The translations under genes and the position numbers were made by a program. Source: a virus (Duplodnaviria; Caudoviricetes). From it: DNA of 64,000 bases. Numbering within the stretch: the first letter of the stretch is position 1; the number at the start of each line of letters is the position of its first letter. Of this stretch, positions 1-11,059 are shown one piece after another. Where the stretch lies: IMG/VR virus record IMGVR_UViG_2974778606_000001, positions 32,001-96,000 of that record. One strand, given 5' to 3'. The notes below the pieces were generated by a model. It was not told the DNA's origin and did no database searches. It was given only the letters and a program-made list of their open reading frames with translations.

Positions 1-1
1 T

Positions 2-259
2 CTTGGAATTTCCGCAGGTGCTCTTGGTGACGAGCCAACTGAGCGCTCCGTAGCATTTGTCGGTCCTGCTCCACGAGCAGACGCCGGTACAAAGCGTGAG
101 CGTGTATACCACGTACGACGTGCTCTATCAATTGAGTCTTCTTCTCACTCACTGAGAAGGAACGAGGCAACGGTATTCCCAGTCTCCTTCCGACTTCTTC
201 CAGACCCAAGCTTCTCAGGTCAGGAGTACGGTGTGATTAAGGACAGGAACATCGCCTAA
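2..259 (+). CDS. Major tail protein, 3' end (partial)
   Basis: Open frame from window edge (LGISAGALGDEPTERS...FPVSFRLLPDP...IKDRNIA*); followed by terminator, chaperones and tape measure gene. Confidence 0.75.
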   Translation, partial: LGISAGALGDEPTERSVAFVGPAPRADAGTKRERVYHVRRALSIESSSHSLRRNEATVFPVSFRLLPDPSFSGQEYGVIKDRNIA

Positions 260-277
260 TACGATGACTTTAGCGTT

Positions 278-300
278 AGCCCCCGAAAGGGGGCTTTCGC
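278..300 (+). terminator. Intrinsic terminator
   Basis: AGCCCCC-GAAA-GGGGGCT hairpin followed by TTT. Confidence 0.75.
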
Positions 301-355
301 ATTTTGGATTATGATAACCCATTGATATAATCGAGTTAAACACATAGGAGGAAAT

Positions 356-700
356 GTGGCAAACAGTGTATACACAGTCGAGGAGATTGTGCTACAGGAC
401 GGCAATGAGGTGACACTCAAGCCGCTAAACATTAAGGGACTTCGAAAGTTCATGAAGAAGTTCAAGGAGATTGACAAGCTAAAGGATGATGACCAGGTGG
501 TTGACTTCCTTATTGAGGTTGGTCAGCTATGTCTGTCATCTCTGCACCCAGAGTATGCCGACACTGACAAGTACGAGGACGCAGTTGATATGCCAACAGT
601 TCACAAGATTATCGAAATCTGTGGTGGGGTCAAGCTGAATGACCCGGAACTGATGGCCGCAGCAGCGGCAGTGATGGAGCAGCAAGCTGGGACGAGCTGA
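356..700 (+). CDS. Tail assembly chaperone
   Basis: 114 aa, AGGAGG RBS, between tail tube and tape measure genes. Confidence 0.8.
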   Translation: MANSVYTVEEIVLQDGNEVTLKPLNIKGLRKFMKKFKEIDKLKDDDQVVDFLIEVGQLCLSSLHPEYADTDKYEDAVDMPTVHKIIEICGGVKLNDPELMAAAAAVMEQQAGTS

Positions 701-729
701 ACCTAGTTCAGCTCGAAGCAGAACTTTTT

Positions 730-999
730 ATGCTCGGCATTTGGAAGAACTTTGAAGAGATTGAAGAAAATCTGACACTGGCAGAACTGGAAAAGCTACT
801 CGAAGTAAAGAGAGACCAGGACTTCCAGGAGAAGAAATTCGTGGCGGCACTGAAGGGTATAAGTCTTGATGACCCTAATGAAGGTGACGCGCCAAGCTTC
901 GAAGACATCAAGCGTCGTGCAGAGGCCAAGGCCAAGGGGGTTTCAGCCGAGGCGCTGGAATTCGCAGAAATTGGAATTGGTATAGAAGGAGATGACTGA
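730..999 (+). CDS. Tail assembly chaperone second part (probable -1 frameshift extension; frame open from 643)
   Basis: -1 frame relative to upstream chaperone; no clear RBS. Confidence 0.7.
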   Translation: MLGIWKNFEEIEENLTLAELEKLLEVKRDQDFQEKKFVAALKGISLDDPNEGDAPSFEDIKRRAEAKAKGVSAEALEFAEIGIGIEGDD

Positions 1000-1001
1000 C
1001 A

Positions 1002-4000
1002 ATAGAGAACATTAATATCCGCTTTAGTGCTACAGCGGACTTCCGTGCGGCAGCTCGTGAAATCGAGGCCATTAACGCTCAGCTTGCAGCAATGCAGGCT
1101 AATTTGGCGCGCGGTATGACGCCAGCAGCCCTTGCAACAAATCAGGCGGCATTCAGGAATCAGGTACGCAGTCTCGGTAGTATGACTACTGAGACTATGC
1201 GTGTTGCTTCTGCGTCTGAGATGTATACAAAGGCGCTATTGAAGGAGGATATTACTCTTCGTCAGGCACTTCGAAATCGTCAGACATTCAATCAGGTTCT
1301 AAGAGAGCAGTATCAGCTAAGCAGAGCTGCCTCAATGCAGTGGAGCACAAACAGTCGTGGTGGCTCCACCATGGACCTTATCGTTCCTAGAGACGCCCCA
1401 GAGCGTCTAGGTCGATTCAGACAAACACTCGGTGCAGTCCGAGCCGGAACCATTTCTACCAATGTAGCACTGGGAGAAATGGCCATCAAGATGGGTCTTG
1501 TTAGCCAGGTAGCAAGTTCAGCCGGTGCTAACATGATTAAGTGGGGTAAGAACACCCAGTGGGCCGGTAGACAGCTTATGGTTGGTCTCACAATGCCTGT
1601 TCTTGCGGCCGGTGCTGCAATGGGTAAGCTTGCATACGATGTCGAAAAGGAAATGACTCGTATCAACAAGGTCTACGACTTCTCTGCGACTCGTGACGAA
1701 AATGCTGCAAAGCATGCACAGGAAACCGCAACACTACGTGCTAATTCTATGAGAGCTGCACGAACGGCTGCGGAACAGTATGGTGCCTCAATGCAGGACA
1801 CTCTAAAGGTAGAGGCTAACCTTGCAGCGACAGGTGAGCGTGGAAACGAGCTTATCTCAAAGACAACTGAAGTAATGCGTCTCGCAACTCTTGGTGAAAT
1901 GGATTACCAGGAGGCAATGGAAGCTACCATTACATTGCAGTCTGTTTACAAGATGAGCGCTGACCAGCTTTCCGAGAGCTTCAACTACATGAACTCTGTT
2001 GAGAACGCAACTTCACTCAGCATCGAGGACTTCGCAAAGGCTATTCCAAAGGTAGCTGGACCTATGAATCAGCTTGGTGGTTCATTGCAGGATGTTGGTA
2101 CCCTATTGACTGCTATGCGTGCACGTGGTATCCAGGCGGTCGAAGGTGCTAACGCAATTAAGTCATCATTCACCCGAATCCTGAATGCAACTGGCCCGGC
2201 AAAGAAGATGTTCGAGGTTTATACAGGACAGACTCTAGAGGAGCTAGTACAGAAGACCAAGGGTGAGGTAATTCCTACCTTTATGGAACTGTACAAGGCA
2301 ACCGCTGGTCTTGAGCCACTAGCACGCCAGAGAATCTTCTCAAAGCTATTCGGTACTCAGCAGAACACCCGACTACAGGCAATCACCGACGAAATGGCCA
2401 ACCTGAATGATGAAACCACTCAGGTAGGTAAGGCTTACGCAATTGCCAAACAGAACGGCACCGAATGGGCCGACAGTGCTAGCCGAGAGATGGAAGCATT
2501 GCAGAAGTCTGCTTCTGGACGTCTAAAGATTGCTATCGAGAGTCTAAAGGTAGAGCTGGCAGAAGCCGGTAAGCCATTCCTTGAGATTGCTGGATACATC
2601 GTCAAGGGTGTTACCTGGATTGTCAAGGCATTCAATGAACTGCCAGGACCAGTAAAGTCATTCGCTACCATTGCAATTATTGCCGGTGCGATTGCAGGTC
2701 CAGTCATTATGCTTGTCGGTCTGTTCGCTAACCTAGCAGGACAGGCAGTCAAGATGGGTGCAGGTCTTCTTGGACTCGTATTCCGATTCCGTGCACTTCT
2801 ACCAGAGCAGGTAGCATCACGACTTGCCTCAATGCAGCAGACGGCAGCAATGCAGACTCAGCAGGGGCAGACTCAGGCCCTTATCGCAACGGTAAATGAA
2901 CTTACCGCAGCACTTGGACGAGCAACCGCAGCACAGCAGGGATTGACCCAGGCCCAGAGAACTGGACAGGCTGTTAGCGGAATTCGACCAGGTGTAGTTT
3001 CTGGTGCCCCACTTCCACCTCAGACAGCTCCACAGCCAACAATTACCGGGCCAATCACAATGACTGGTGCCGGATATCGTGATGCCGCTGGACGTGCTCT
3101 GACTCAGCAGGAAGTAAGAAACTGGCAGGCAGCTCAGGCAGCTTCTACAAGCATTAACAACAACTCTGCTGCGACACGTCGTAACTGGCAGCAGATGGGA
3201 AGCAGTTTTCAGAACCTTGCTCTAGGTGCAGCGTTTGTTGGAACAATGGCCACTGAGTCAGGCTCAATGGCAAACAACATTGCTCAGATGATGATTCCTC
3301 TGGCTCTGTTTGGACCAATGCTTATTGGGCCTGTGGTCAGATTCGCTGGCGCTATTAGAACAATTGCTATGCCAGCTCTCAGTGCCCTAGGAACGGCCGC
3401 CAGCTCTGTATTCGGAAGCATTGCAACTCGTGGTAGAACTGCCATGGGTTCAGTTCGTACGTCAATTGGTGGCGCGGTAACAGCATTGGGTGGTCTTAGC
3501 GCAGTAATGGGAACCGTCCTTGCAGCAGCCCTTGCAATCGGTGCAGCCTGGTATATCATCAATAAGAATGTAGCGGCTTCTCGAAAGGAACAGGAAAACA
3601 TCGAGAAGTCTTCCGAGGCATGGGCTAAGACTCTAGGATTCACTTACACCGAGCAGCAGAAGATTGTTGCTCAGGGAACTCACAATGTTTCTTCTCTGAA
3701 TGACAAGATGAACGAATTCAAGAAGAACAACAAGGACGCTTACCAGGATATTCAGAAGTTCTACGACTCAAGCGAGGCCGAGAAGTGGGGTCGTGCAATT
3801 GAAGAGGGTGTAAAGGTTCGTCTTCATGGAGGAACTGTAAGCGCGGCACAGGAAGCCGTTCGCACCTCTCTTGCAATTATGGGTCAGAAGTATTCCACTG
3901 CTGAATTCCAGTACAAGCTAAAGGCGCAGATTGACTTTGACGATGTTTCTCAGGTTGTTGAGAGGCGTCTAAAGGACGCTGCTCAGGATATGCGTGACGC

Positions 4001-7000
4001 GACCAATCTGAAGTTTGACCAGTCTAACTCTGAAAGCTTTGCACGATTCTTCGCTAACCCAGGAACCATCCAGCAGAAGGCCGGTGAGGCAATTAAGCAG
4101 AACGCCAAGGATTTGTGGGACATCTACGACAACACTCAGGAAACAGAAAAGAAGAAGGTATTCGATAAGATTGCCGAGTCTGTAAACGCTGAGTCTGTCA
4201 AGCTATTCGAGACCTATAAGAAGAAGTACTCCAAGGAATTCAAGGAGATGGGAATCGAGACCTTCAAGGACTGGACTGACTACCTGAACAAGGACCAGAA
4301 CATCGAGTCCGGTGTTGCTGACATTGCCCTTGGAGAAAAGCTTGGTCTTTCTGATGGTGAAATTCATAAGGTCCAGCGAGCTGGTGACGCAGTAAAGGGA
4401 TTCTCTAAGGAATTCGCTGACATGCAGGGTATTCCAAAGGGCAAGGCAGGAGTAAACTTCAATGACTTGACCAAGGAATTGCCTGAACTACAGAAGGTAA
4501 AGCAGGAGCTTATTTCCGTAAAGCAGGCCGAGGACGGATATTACTCAATGCTTCGCGAGCGTGCGCGTGCTGGAGCAAAGACAACTGACGCTGACAGACT
4601 AGCAATTCTTAACATGCAGCGTAGAGCGGCCGGTCTGGAAGAGGCAACCTCTCTTGAGCAGATGTTCCAGAAGGAAATCGACAAGAGCACCAATTCTCTA
4701 GACGAGAACATGAATTCATGGGCTGCAAACGCAGATAATATCGATGACTTCATTGGTGCCTACAAGGGTGTAATGTCCAATACTCGCGACGAGGCAATGG
4801 GTCGCGCGGAAGAAATCTTGAACGAGCAGATGCAGGGAGAAATCGACGGCATCAATGCTCGCTCTGAGGCGCGCTCAAAGGCACTGGACGCTGCACAGGA
4901 AAAGGCAGATGACAGATTCGATGCCCGACAGGAGCGTACAGAAAAGCGTTTCGAAGCCAAGCAGGAATCCCTTGACAAGAAGTTCGAGAACAAGCAGAAG
5001 GCGTTCGACAAGAAGTGGGATAACATCATGGAGAACCACGACAAGAAGTGGGAAAACCGAACTGATGCTATCAACAAGGCTTACGACGCCAAGGTCAAGA
5101 AGATTGAAGACGCAATCAAGGCCGAGCAGGATGCTGAGCAGAAGCGTCAGGAAATCTTCGAGAAGGAAAAGACTCGAATTCAGAGAATGGCCTCTCTTGC
5201 CAATCAGAATATCGACTTCAACATGGCTATCAATTCAGGTAACCTTGATGAAGCTGCCAAGATTGGTAACAACATCCAGGCCGACCTTGATTCTTGGGCA
5301 ACTGAAGATGCTGCGGCATCTAGCCAGTCAGCTTCCGACAAGAAGATTGCTGGTCTTGAGAACCAGAAGACAACTGTTGAGGCTGAAAGAGACCGTCGTC
5401 TCAAGGTCATTCAGCAGATGGAAGAGGCTGAGAAGAAGCAGCTAGAGGCTCGAAAGGAAAGAGAGCAGGAGGCTCTTAATGCCCAGCGAGACGCTGCAAA
5501 CAAGGCATTGCAGATTGCCCGTGAGACAGCTCTCAAGAAGATTCAGATTGAGCGTGAAGCCTACAACAAGGGAATTCAGGCTCAGCGTGAGGCATTGCAG
5601 AAGGAAACGCAGGACAAGATTAAGGCCACGCAGAGAAAGTACGAAGCTGCGAAGAAGGCAATTGAGCAGGAGCTTGCGACCCTGAAGGCATTCGTTCCAC
5701 GTAACAAGAAGGAACTTGACGAACAAATCAAGAAGATTGAAGAGGCTTACAGGAAGTACGGTGTAAACCTAAAGGGCAAGGGTAACGACTGGTCAAAGTA
5801 CATCAAGGACAGCCTTAATAAGAACATCAAGGTTGCTGCGGCTGACCTCAAGAACAAGATTGCTTGGGACAAGATTGCTAAGGACGTTGCAAACGAGATT
5901 TCTGAGGGTGCGTTCGGTCTAACCATTGGACAGTTCTCCACATGGGTATCTAAGGGTACCCTACCTAAGTCTGGCCTCAATGAGAAGTCTGGAAAGAACA
6001 AGTCTCTAGATTCTCACCACGAGGGTGGTCTTATTGGAGGAAAGGCCGGTGGCTCAGGTAGAACCGGTTACTCTGGTGGACGTGCTCACTCCGAGCTAGA
6101 TATTCGTGCCAAGAAGGGCGAATTCATGATGAAGGACAAGGCCGTAAAGAAGTATGGTCTTGACTTCATGGAGAACGTCAACAAGGGAAATGTCGACCCT
6201 TATGCAATCGGTGGTTATGGCGACAGCATGGGCCTTGCAGGTCTTCTTGGTGCTGGAATGGCCGGTATGATGCAGGCTGTAATCCAGGAAGGTATTAAGA
6301 CTGGTGCCAATCAGGCCCTAATGCTCGGAATGGATGGAACTGCAATTGCTGGTGCTGCTGGTACTTATGCAGGAGTTGGACTTAATGCAACTCAGATGCA
6401 GAACGCTGCAACCATTATCGGAACTGGTAAGGGTCTAGGAGCAAGTCAGCGAGACCTCATCATTGCGATTATGACAGCGATGCAGGAGTCCACCCTTCGT
6501 AACCTGAATTACGGTGACCGTGACTCTCTTGGTCTGTTCCAGCAGCGTGCTGCATGGGGTCCTGCCTCAGCTCGTACCAACCCAGCGGAAGCAACTCGAA
6601 TGTTCTTCCACGGTGGTGCTCAGGGACAGAGAGGTCTATTCGACTTCCCTAACCGAGACAAGATGTCATTGGGTCAGGCTGCACAGGCCGTTCAGGTTTC
6701 TGCATTCCCTCACGCTTACGCAAAGTGGGAAGACATGGCCCGAGCCGTTGTTGCTGCGACGACATTCCAGGCATTGGCAGGAAACTCTGGATTCAGACGA
6801 CCAATCAATGCTCCGGTTTCTCGACCATACTCACAGCACACCAACCTTCCACGAGCAACTGACTTTGCGGCCCCATCTGGAACCCCAGTTATGTCAGCAA
6901 TGAATGGTACAGTCGTAACCTCTTCCGACCTTCATGGAAGTGGAAATGGTGGATACCGTTCATACGGTCGATACGTTGTCGTTAGAAACGGTATGGACAG

Positions 7001-7424
7001 CACGCTTTATGCTCACCTTAGCAGAAGAAGTGCAAGTGTTGGGCAGACTGTTCGACCAGGACAGCTAATTGGTTACTCTGGTAACACAGGTAATTCAACC
7101 GGTCCTCACCTTCACTTCGAGACATGGCGTGGAGGACAGACAATTCCACCGGGTGCATTTGGTATTCCAGGTCTGCTAACTGGTGGAAAGGTCAAGTACG
7201 ATAACACCATTGCTAACCTTCACAAGAATGAGGCAGTTCTTACAGCTCCACTCACAGCAAAGCTTGAGAGTGGAATTGACAAGATTGACTCAGGAAGCGG
7301 TAACACGTACAATTTCACTATTAATGCAGAAGGTATCAATACCGAGATTGATTTTGAAAAGGTAGTTACCAGAGCACTCGATAAGATTGAGAGCAAGAAG
7401 GGAAGGAGTAGGGTAGTAAGATAA
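1002..7424 (+). CDS. Tape measure protein with C-terminal lysozyme/transglycosylase-like and M23 peptidase domains (first ATG 1092; probable non-canonical start near 996-1002)
   Basis: >2100 aa helical/coiled-coil; QES...RDSLGLFQQR motif; GNTGNSTGPHLHFE motif. Confidence 0.93.
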   Translation: MENINIRFSATADFRAAAREIEAINAQLAAMQANLARGMTPAALATNQAAFRNQVRSLGSMTTETMRVASASEMYTKALLKEDITLRQALRNRQTFNQVLREQYQLSRAASMQWSTNSRGGSTMDLIVPRDAPERLGRFRQTLGAVRAGTISTNVALGEMAIKMGLVSQVASSAGANMIKWGKNTQWAGRQLMVGLTMPVLAAGAAMGKLAYDVEKEMTRINKVYDFSATRDENAAKHAQETATLRANSMRAARTAAEQYGASMQDTLKVEANLAATGERGNELISKTTEVMRLATLGEMDYQEAMEATITLQSVYKMSADQLSESFNYMNSVENATSLSIEDFAKAIPKVAGPMNQLGGSLQDVGTLLTAMRARGIQAVEGANAIKSSFTRILNATGPAKKMFEVYTGQTLEELVQKTKGEVIPTFMELYKATAGLEPLARQRIFSKLFGTQQNTRLQAITDEMANLNDETTQVGKAYAIAKQNGTEWADSASREMEALQKSASGRLKIAIESLKVELAEAGKPFLEIAGYIVKGVTWIVKAFNELPGPVKSFATIAIIAGAIAGPVIMLVGLFANLAGQAVKMGAGLLGLVFRFRALLPEQVASRLASMQQTAAMQTQQGQTQALIATVNELTAALGRATAAQQGLTQAQRTGQAVSGIRPGVVSGAPLPPQTAPQPTITGPITMTGAGYRDAAGRALTQQEVRNWQAAQAASTSINNNSAATRRNWQQMGSSFQNLALGAAFVGTMATESGSMANNIAQMMIPLALFGPMLIGPVVRFAGAIRTIAMPALSALGTAASSVFGSIATRGRTAMGSVRTSIGGAVTALGGLSAVMGTVLAAALAIGAAWYIINKNVAASRKEQENIEKSSEAWAKTLGFTYTEQQKIVAQGTHNVSSLNDKMNEFKKNNKDAYQDIQKFYDSSEAEKWGRAIEEGVKVRLHGGTVSAAQEAVRTSLAIMGQKYSTAEFQYKLKAQIDFDDVSQVVERRLKDAAQDMRDATNLKFDQSNSESFARFFANPGTIQQKAGEAIKQNAKDLWDIYDNTQETEKKKVFDKIAESVNAESVKLFETYKKKYSKEFKEMGIETFKDWTDYLNKDQNIESGVADIALGEKLGLSDGEIHKVQRAGDAVKGFSKEFADMQGIPKGKAGVNFNDLTKELPELQKVKQELISVKQAEDGYYSMLRERARAGAKTTDADRLAILNMQRRAAGLEEATSLEQMFQKEIDKSTNSLDENMNSWAANADNIDDFIGAYKGVMSNTRDEAMGRAEEILNEQMQGEIDGINARSEARSKALDAAQEKADDRFDARQERTEKRFEAKQESLDKKFENKQKAFDKKWDNIMENHDKKWENRTDAINKAYDAKVKKIEDAIKAEQDAEQKRQEIFEKEKTRIQRMASLANQNIDFNMAINSGNLDEAAKIGNNIQADLDSWATEDAAASSQSASDKKIAGLENQKTTVEAERDRRLKVIQQMEEAEKKQLEARKEREQEALNAQRDAANKALQIARETALKKIQIEREAYNKGIQAQREALQKETQDKIKATQRKYEAAKKAIEQELATLKAFVPRNKKELDEQIKKIEEAYRKYGVNLKGKGNDWSKYIKDSLNKNIKVAAADLKNKIAWDKIAKDVANEISEGAFGLTIGQFSTWVSKGTLPKSGLNEKSGKNKSLDSHHEGGLIGGKAGGSGRTGYSGGRAHSELDIRAKKGEFMMKDKAVKKYGLDFMENVNKGNVDPYAIGGYGDSMGLAGLLGAGMAGMMQAVIQEGIKTGANQALMLGMDGTAIAGAAGTYAGVGLNATQMQNAATIIGTGKGLGASQRDLIIAIMTAMQESTLRNLNYGDRDSLGLFQQRAAWGPASARTNPAEATRMFFHGGAQGQRGLFDFPNRDKMSLGQAAQAVQVSAFPHAYAKWEDMARAVVAATTFQALAGNSGFRRPINAPVSRPYSQHTNLPRATDFAAPSGTPVMSAMNGTVVTSSDLHGSGNGGYRSYGRYVVVRNGMDSTLYAHLSRRSASVGQTVRPGQLIGYSGNTGNSTGPHLHFETWRGGQTIPPGAFGIPGLLTGGKVKYDNTIANLHKNEAVLTAPLTAKLESGIDKIDSGSGNTYNFTINAEGINTEIDFEKVVTRALDKIESKKGRSRVVR

Positions 7425-7825
7425 TGGCTATGACATTTATTAAGCCTCGTCTTATGCGATGGAATGGTAATGCCATCACTGACCACAATCGTGGTGAGCT
7501 GTCAGTAGACGTAGAGCGAATTGAAAAGAAGCAGCGCATGGCAAATGGAACTATGCGTAAGTACATTGTCGCAGATAAGCGCACCTTTGGTGTGCAGTGG
7601 CAAAATCTACCGCATTCTTCCTCCTATACGGTAGATGGTTTCTGGGGTGCGCGTCAAATTGAAGACTTTTTTGACGCCACCCCAGGAGCCTTCACATTGG
7701 AATTGACGTATGGAGATGGAACTGTGGAGACGTTTCAGGTGATGTTTTCAGACTTCAACATCAACCTTAGCAAGCGAGGTCATTTCGACTTCCATGAAGT
7801 CTCAGTAACATTGGAACAGGTATAA
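7424..7825 (+). CDS. Minor tail protein (distal-tail-like)
   Basis: 133 aa directly after tape measure gene. Confidence 0.7.
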   Translation: MAMTFIKPRLMRWNGNAITDHNRGELSVDVERIEKKQRMANGTMRKYIVADKRTFGVQWQNLPHSSSYTVDGFWGARQIEDFFDATPGAFTLELTYGDGTVETFQVMFSDFNINLSKRGHFDFHEVSVTLEQV

Positions 7826-10800
7826 ATGCAGACAACGACTTTTGAGGTAAATAAGCTACTGAAGGAGGGGTACGCCGTCAAGGCAGTACCTCAGCTTATT
7901 GCTGAATGGAATCAGAATCGTTATGCGGGCATTCAGACGGTAGACAGCACCCCATCAGAATATGATGAGGGTGACCCAGAATACTACCCAATTGAATCAA
8001 TCGCTGACCCTCTGCGCCCTTCCAAGAAGGGAATTGTAAAGGCACGAGCGAGCGTTCAGGGAATTGTTTCTGAATACACAGACAGGCCCGGTGGAGTAAG
8101 GTACTACCTTGCTGGCCTTGATGACCCATATAAGTACTGGACCTCTCCAGTAGCCAGCTCTCTTATCGGTGGAGTCAATGGATTTTCAAAGACTGTCCGA
8201 CCTTACATCATCTACAAGACATCCTGCTGGACCAACAAGCTGTATTTCCTTTTCGAAACCACAGCAGCCTGGCCTGTAGATTATGACATTGATATCACGA
8301 CAGACGGCACGACGTGGACAACAGTTTCCGGAGACATCATTCCTGACTCAAATGGTCGAGTAACCATTTACAGGCAGGCCAATGGAACTTGGGGAACAAC
8401 CGTTTATCGAAGCAATCCAATGCTCATCAAGGGAATCCGTCTCAAGGTGAACACCATCTCAGCTCTTGGAAAGTACCTTGAGCTTATCGAGATGTCAGCA
8501 AGGCTTGAGCAGGACTTGACAGACACTTTGATTTCAAGTGATTCACAGTTCGATATGGGAACCACTTCATTCATTACGCCTCTCGGCGCTGCCTCTTCAA
8601 ATACTGCCAGCATTCAGCTATCCAATATTGATGGACGTTACAACAATACAAATGACGAATCCCTCTTTAAGGGACTCATCGATAAGAATGTAAAGTTCAC
8701 TTACAATATTGGTTATGACACAACGCCGGTAGGCGGAAGTGGCATGGTCTACATTAGAGAATACACAATGTATTCAGATAGCTGGGCTGGACAGGGTGAA
8801 GAAATCGCCACCGTTTCCTTGAAGGACGCATCTAAGTTCTTGCAGGAAATCAAGCCTCCAAAGATGTTCTTTGAGAAGATGACAATCGGAAGAATTGTTT
8901 GGCAGCTCTGTGACATCATTGGATTCAGCGACTATTTCTACGACAAGATTGACGATGACAAGGCAACTGTCATTCCTTATTTCTGGACCGATGGCGAGAA
9001 GACCGTATGGGAAATATTCTCAAGCCTGGCAGTTACGACTCAGAGTGCAATCTATTTTGACGAATTCGGAATTCTTCAGATTCTTACCAGAGATAAAGCT
9101 TACAATCTGGGCAATCCAATTGCCTGGCAGCTTGATGGCGTCCAGAATGGAACAAAGCTACCTGACATTATTGACCTCTCCCAGAAGTACGATTACGAGG
9201 CGAACAATGTAACGGTTCGATATGCCAAGACAGCAATGTCAGAAACGAAGGCCGGTAGCAGAACACCAGTAATGGACATTGTTTGGCAGCCAGAAGGCGA
9301 TGTAGTTCTTCGTTCAAGTCAGCTAAGAGAGTCAATGACTGATTCTCAGATGTTCATCAGAATGACCGGTAGCGAAGCGGCTGTATGGCCATACTCAGGA
9401 ATCATTGAGTGTGAGGGAGAACTCATGCGATATGACGCCAAGGGATATTGGTACTACAACAAGTCAAAGGTTCTGACCTTCAAGGCAATCACCTCTTCAG
9501 ATGAGAAGAAGCAGATTGACGAGGAGCTTTCAGACCCAGAGCTGGCATTCAAGAATTACTTCTCTGGATGGTTCAGAATCACCGAAAGAGGTCTTTGGAA
9601 CACTTATCCAGCAGTTCACAAGAATGACGCTGCCGGGTATTATGTCAAGGTTGCCAATTACAAGGGCGACTACAAGACGTGGACCGGAGGCTTTGTCCAC
9701 AACAAGGACCAGTCAACCATCAGCTTGAAGGCCACCAAGAATACCAACATCAATACATGTTATGTTGCCTCACGTGGTAGCAGTCTTGATAAGAGCATTT
9801 GGTACGTGGGCACCAGGCTTCGTTTCAGGGACTCTGGATACAACAACGGCATGGCAGGAATTGCCTTCAATCTGGGCGATAAGGACAAGGGTTACTACCT
9901 TGAGCTTTGTAGAACAGACAGGCTTCCTGGCGGTCGAAAGTATCAGAATGAAGTCAACTTCTACATTCGTAGAAGCAATGGAAAGCTGGAGCGATTCGGC
10001 CCTAATAAGGGCAAGGGCGTTGCTATGGCTATTTCAAAGAACGTCTGGTACGACATTGACATTGCCATCCGAATGGAGAACGGTGTTTATGGAGACCCTG
10101 GTGCATTCGTTGGTCACGTAATTGAAGTTGCGATTAATGGTGTCCACAAGATGACCTTCACCATTCCTGTATCAAAGAAGGAGCCTCTGACCGGACGATT
10201 CGGTTGTTTCACTCGTGGATTTACTCACGCTGACTTTGAGTACCTTTACGGAAATGGAACGACAGAGAACTTGCATATCGATAAGACTGGATTCTTCGAT
10301 AGAATTCGAGGCGGTATTGTAAGTAGCCAGGCGTACACGGAATGGCTTTACAAGTGGCACTTCACGAGTCACATCGTAAAGAAAAAGAAGAAGTATCTAT
10401 GGGCACGATATGCGCAGAGATTCTTTGACGACTTCGGTCCAATCTGTCATGAAGTAAGAGAGTTTGATGTGACATTCGATAAGGCACCTGCGGTGCACTC
10501 GAACATCTATTTCTCAAATACAACACAGATTGTGTGTCCAGAGTATTCAGCCGACCCATTCGGTGCGAAGTTCATTCTCACCAATGCCTATCGAAGCAAT
10601 GCCATTGTAAATGGCGAAGACACCCTCACATATGGTGCTGATAATCCAGTTGAGCAGAAGCTGATGATTTATGGTCGAACTGTCACAAAGGAAGACGAAA
10701 AAACAATCGTCTCCAAGAACGACGATGCAATTCGTCGTCGTGGTCAGGTCGATACAGAATTGCAGCCAGAATGGATTCAGTCAGAGAGTGGTGCAAAGGC

Positions 10801-11023
10801 ATTGTCTGATTGGATTACTCATCACTGGGCAGAAGGATGCGATGAGGTGGAGGCTGAAATCTTTGGTAATCCATTGATTCAGCTAGGAGACATCGTGTCT
10901 GTCAATTATCCGCAGAAGGATTTTGACCCGGTACATCACAGGTACTTCGTGGTAAGCATTGGTCGTAGCTATGACCAGGGTTACGAGAATACGAAGCTCA
11001 CCCTGCGACGTGTCAAGATTTAA
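7826..11023 (+). CDS. Minor tail / baseplate hub protein
   Basis: 1065 aa; C-terminal GNPLIQLGDIV typical of tail hub proteins; synteny. Confidence 0.75.
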   Translation: MQTTTFEVNKLLKEGYAVKAVPQLIAEWNQNRYAGIQTVDSTPSEYDEGDPEYYPIESIADPLRPSKKGIVKARASVQGIVSEYTDRPGGVRYYLAGLDDPYKYWTSPVASSLIGGVNGFSKTVRPYIIYKTSCWTNKLYFLFETTAAWPVDYDIDITTDGTTWTTVSGDIIPDSNGRVTIYRQANGTWGTTVYRSNPMLIKGIRLKVNTISALGKYLELIEMSARLEQDLTDTLISSDSQFDMGTTSFITPLGAASSNTASIQLSNIDGRYNNTNDESLFKGLIDKNVKFTYNIGYDTTPVGGSGMVYIREYTMYSDSWAGQGEEIATVSLKDASKFLQEIKPPKMFFEKMTIGRIVWQLCDIIGFSDYFYDKIDDDKATVIPYFWTDGEKTVWEIFSSLAVTTQSAIYFDEFGILQILTRDKAYNLGNPIAWQLDGVQNGTKLPDIIDLSQKYDYEANNVTVRYAKTAMSETKAGSRTPVMDIVWQPEGDVVLRSSQLRESMTDSQMFIRMTGSEAAVWPYSGIIECEGELMRYDAKGYWYYNKSKVLTFKAITSSDEKKQIDEELSDPELAFKNYFSGWFRITERGLWNTYPAVHKNDAAGYYVKVANYKGDYKTWTGGFVHNKDQSTISLKATKNTNINTCYVASRGSSLDKSIWYVGTRLRFRDSGYNNGMAGIAFNLGDKDKGYYLELCRTDRLPGGRKYQNEVNFYIRRSNGKLERFGPNKGKGVAMAISKNVWYDIDIAIRMENGVYGDPGAFVGHVIEVAINGVHKMTFTIPVSKKEPLTGRFGCFTRGFTHADFEYLYGNGTTENLHIDKTGFFDRIRGGIVSSQAYTEWLYKWHFTSHIVKKKKKYLWARYAQRFFDDFGPICHEVREFDVTFDKAPAVHSNIYFSNTTQIVCPEYSADPFGAKFILTNAYRSNAIVNGEDTLTYGADNPVEQKLMIYGRTVTKEDEKTIVSKNDDAIRRRGQVDTELQPEWIQSESGAKALSDWITHHWAEGCDEVEAEIFGNPLIQLGDIVSVNYPQKDFDPVHHRYFVVSIGRSYDQGYENTKLTLRRVKI

Positions 11024-11059
11024 TTTTGCTTTGAGTAACAGCTCAGATATAATTGCTTC

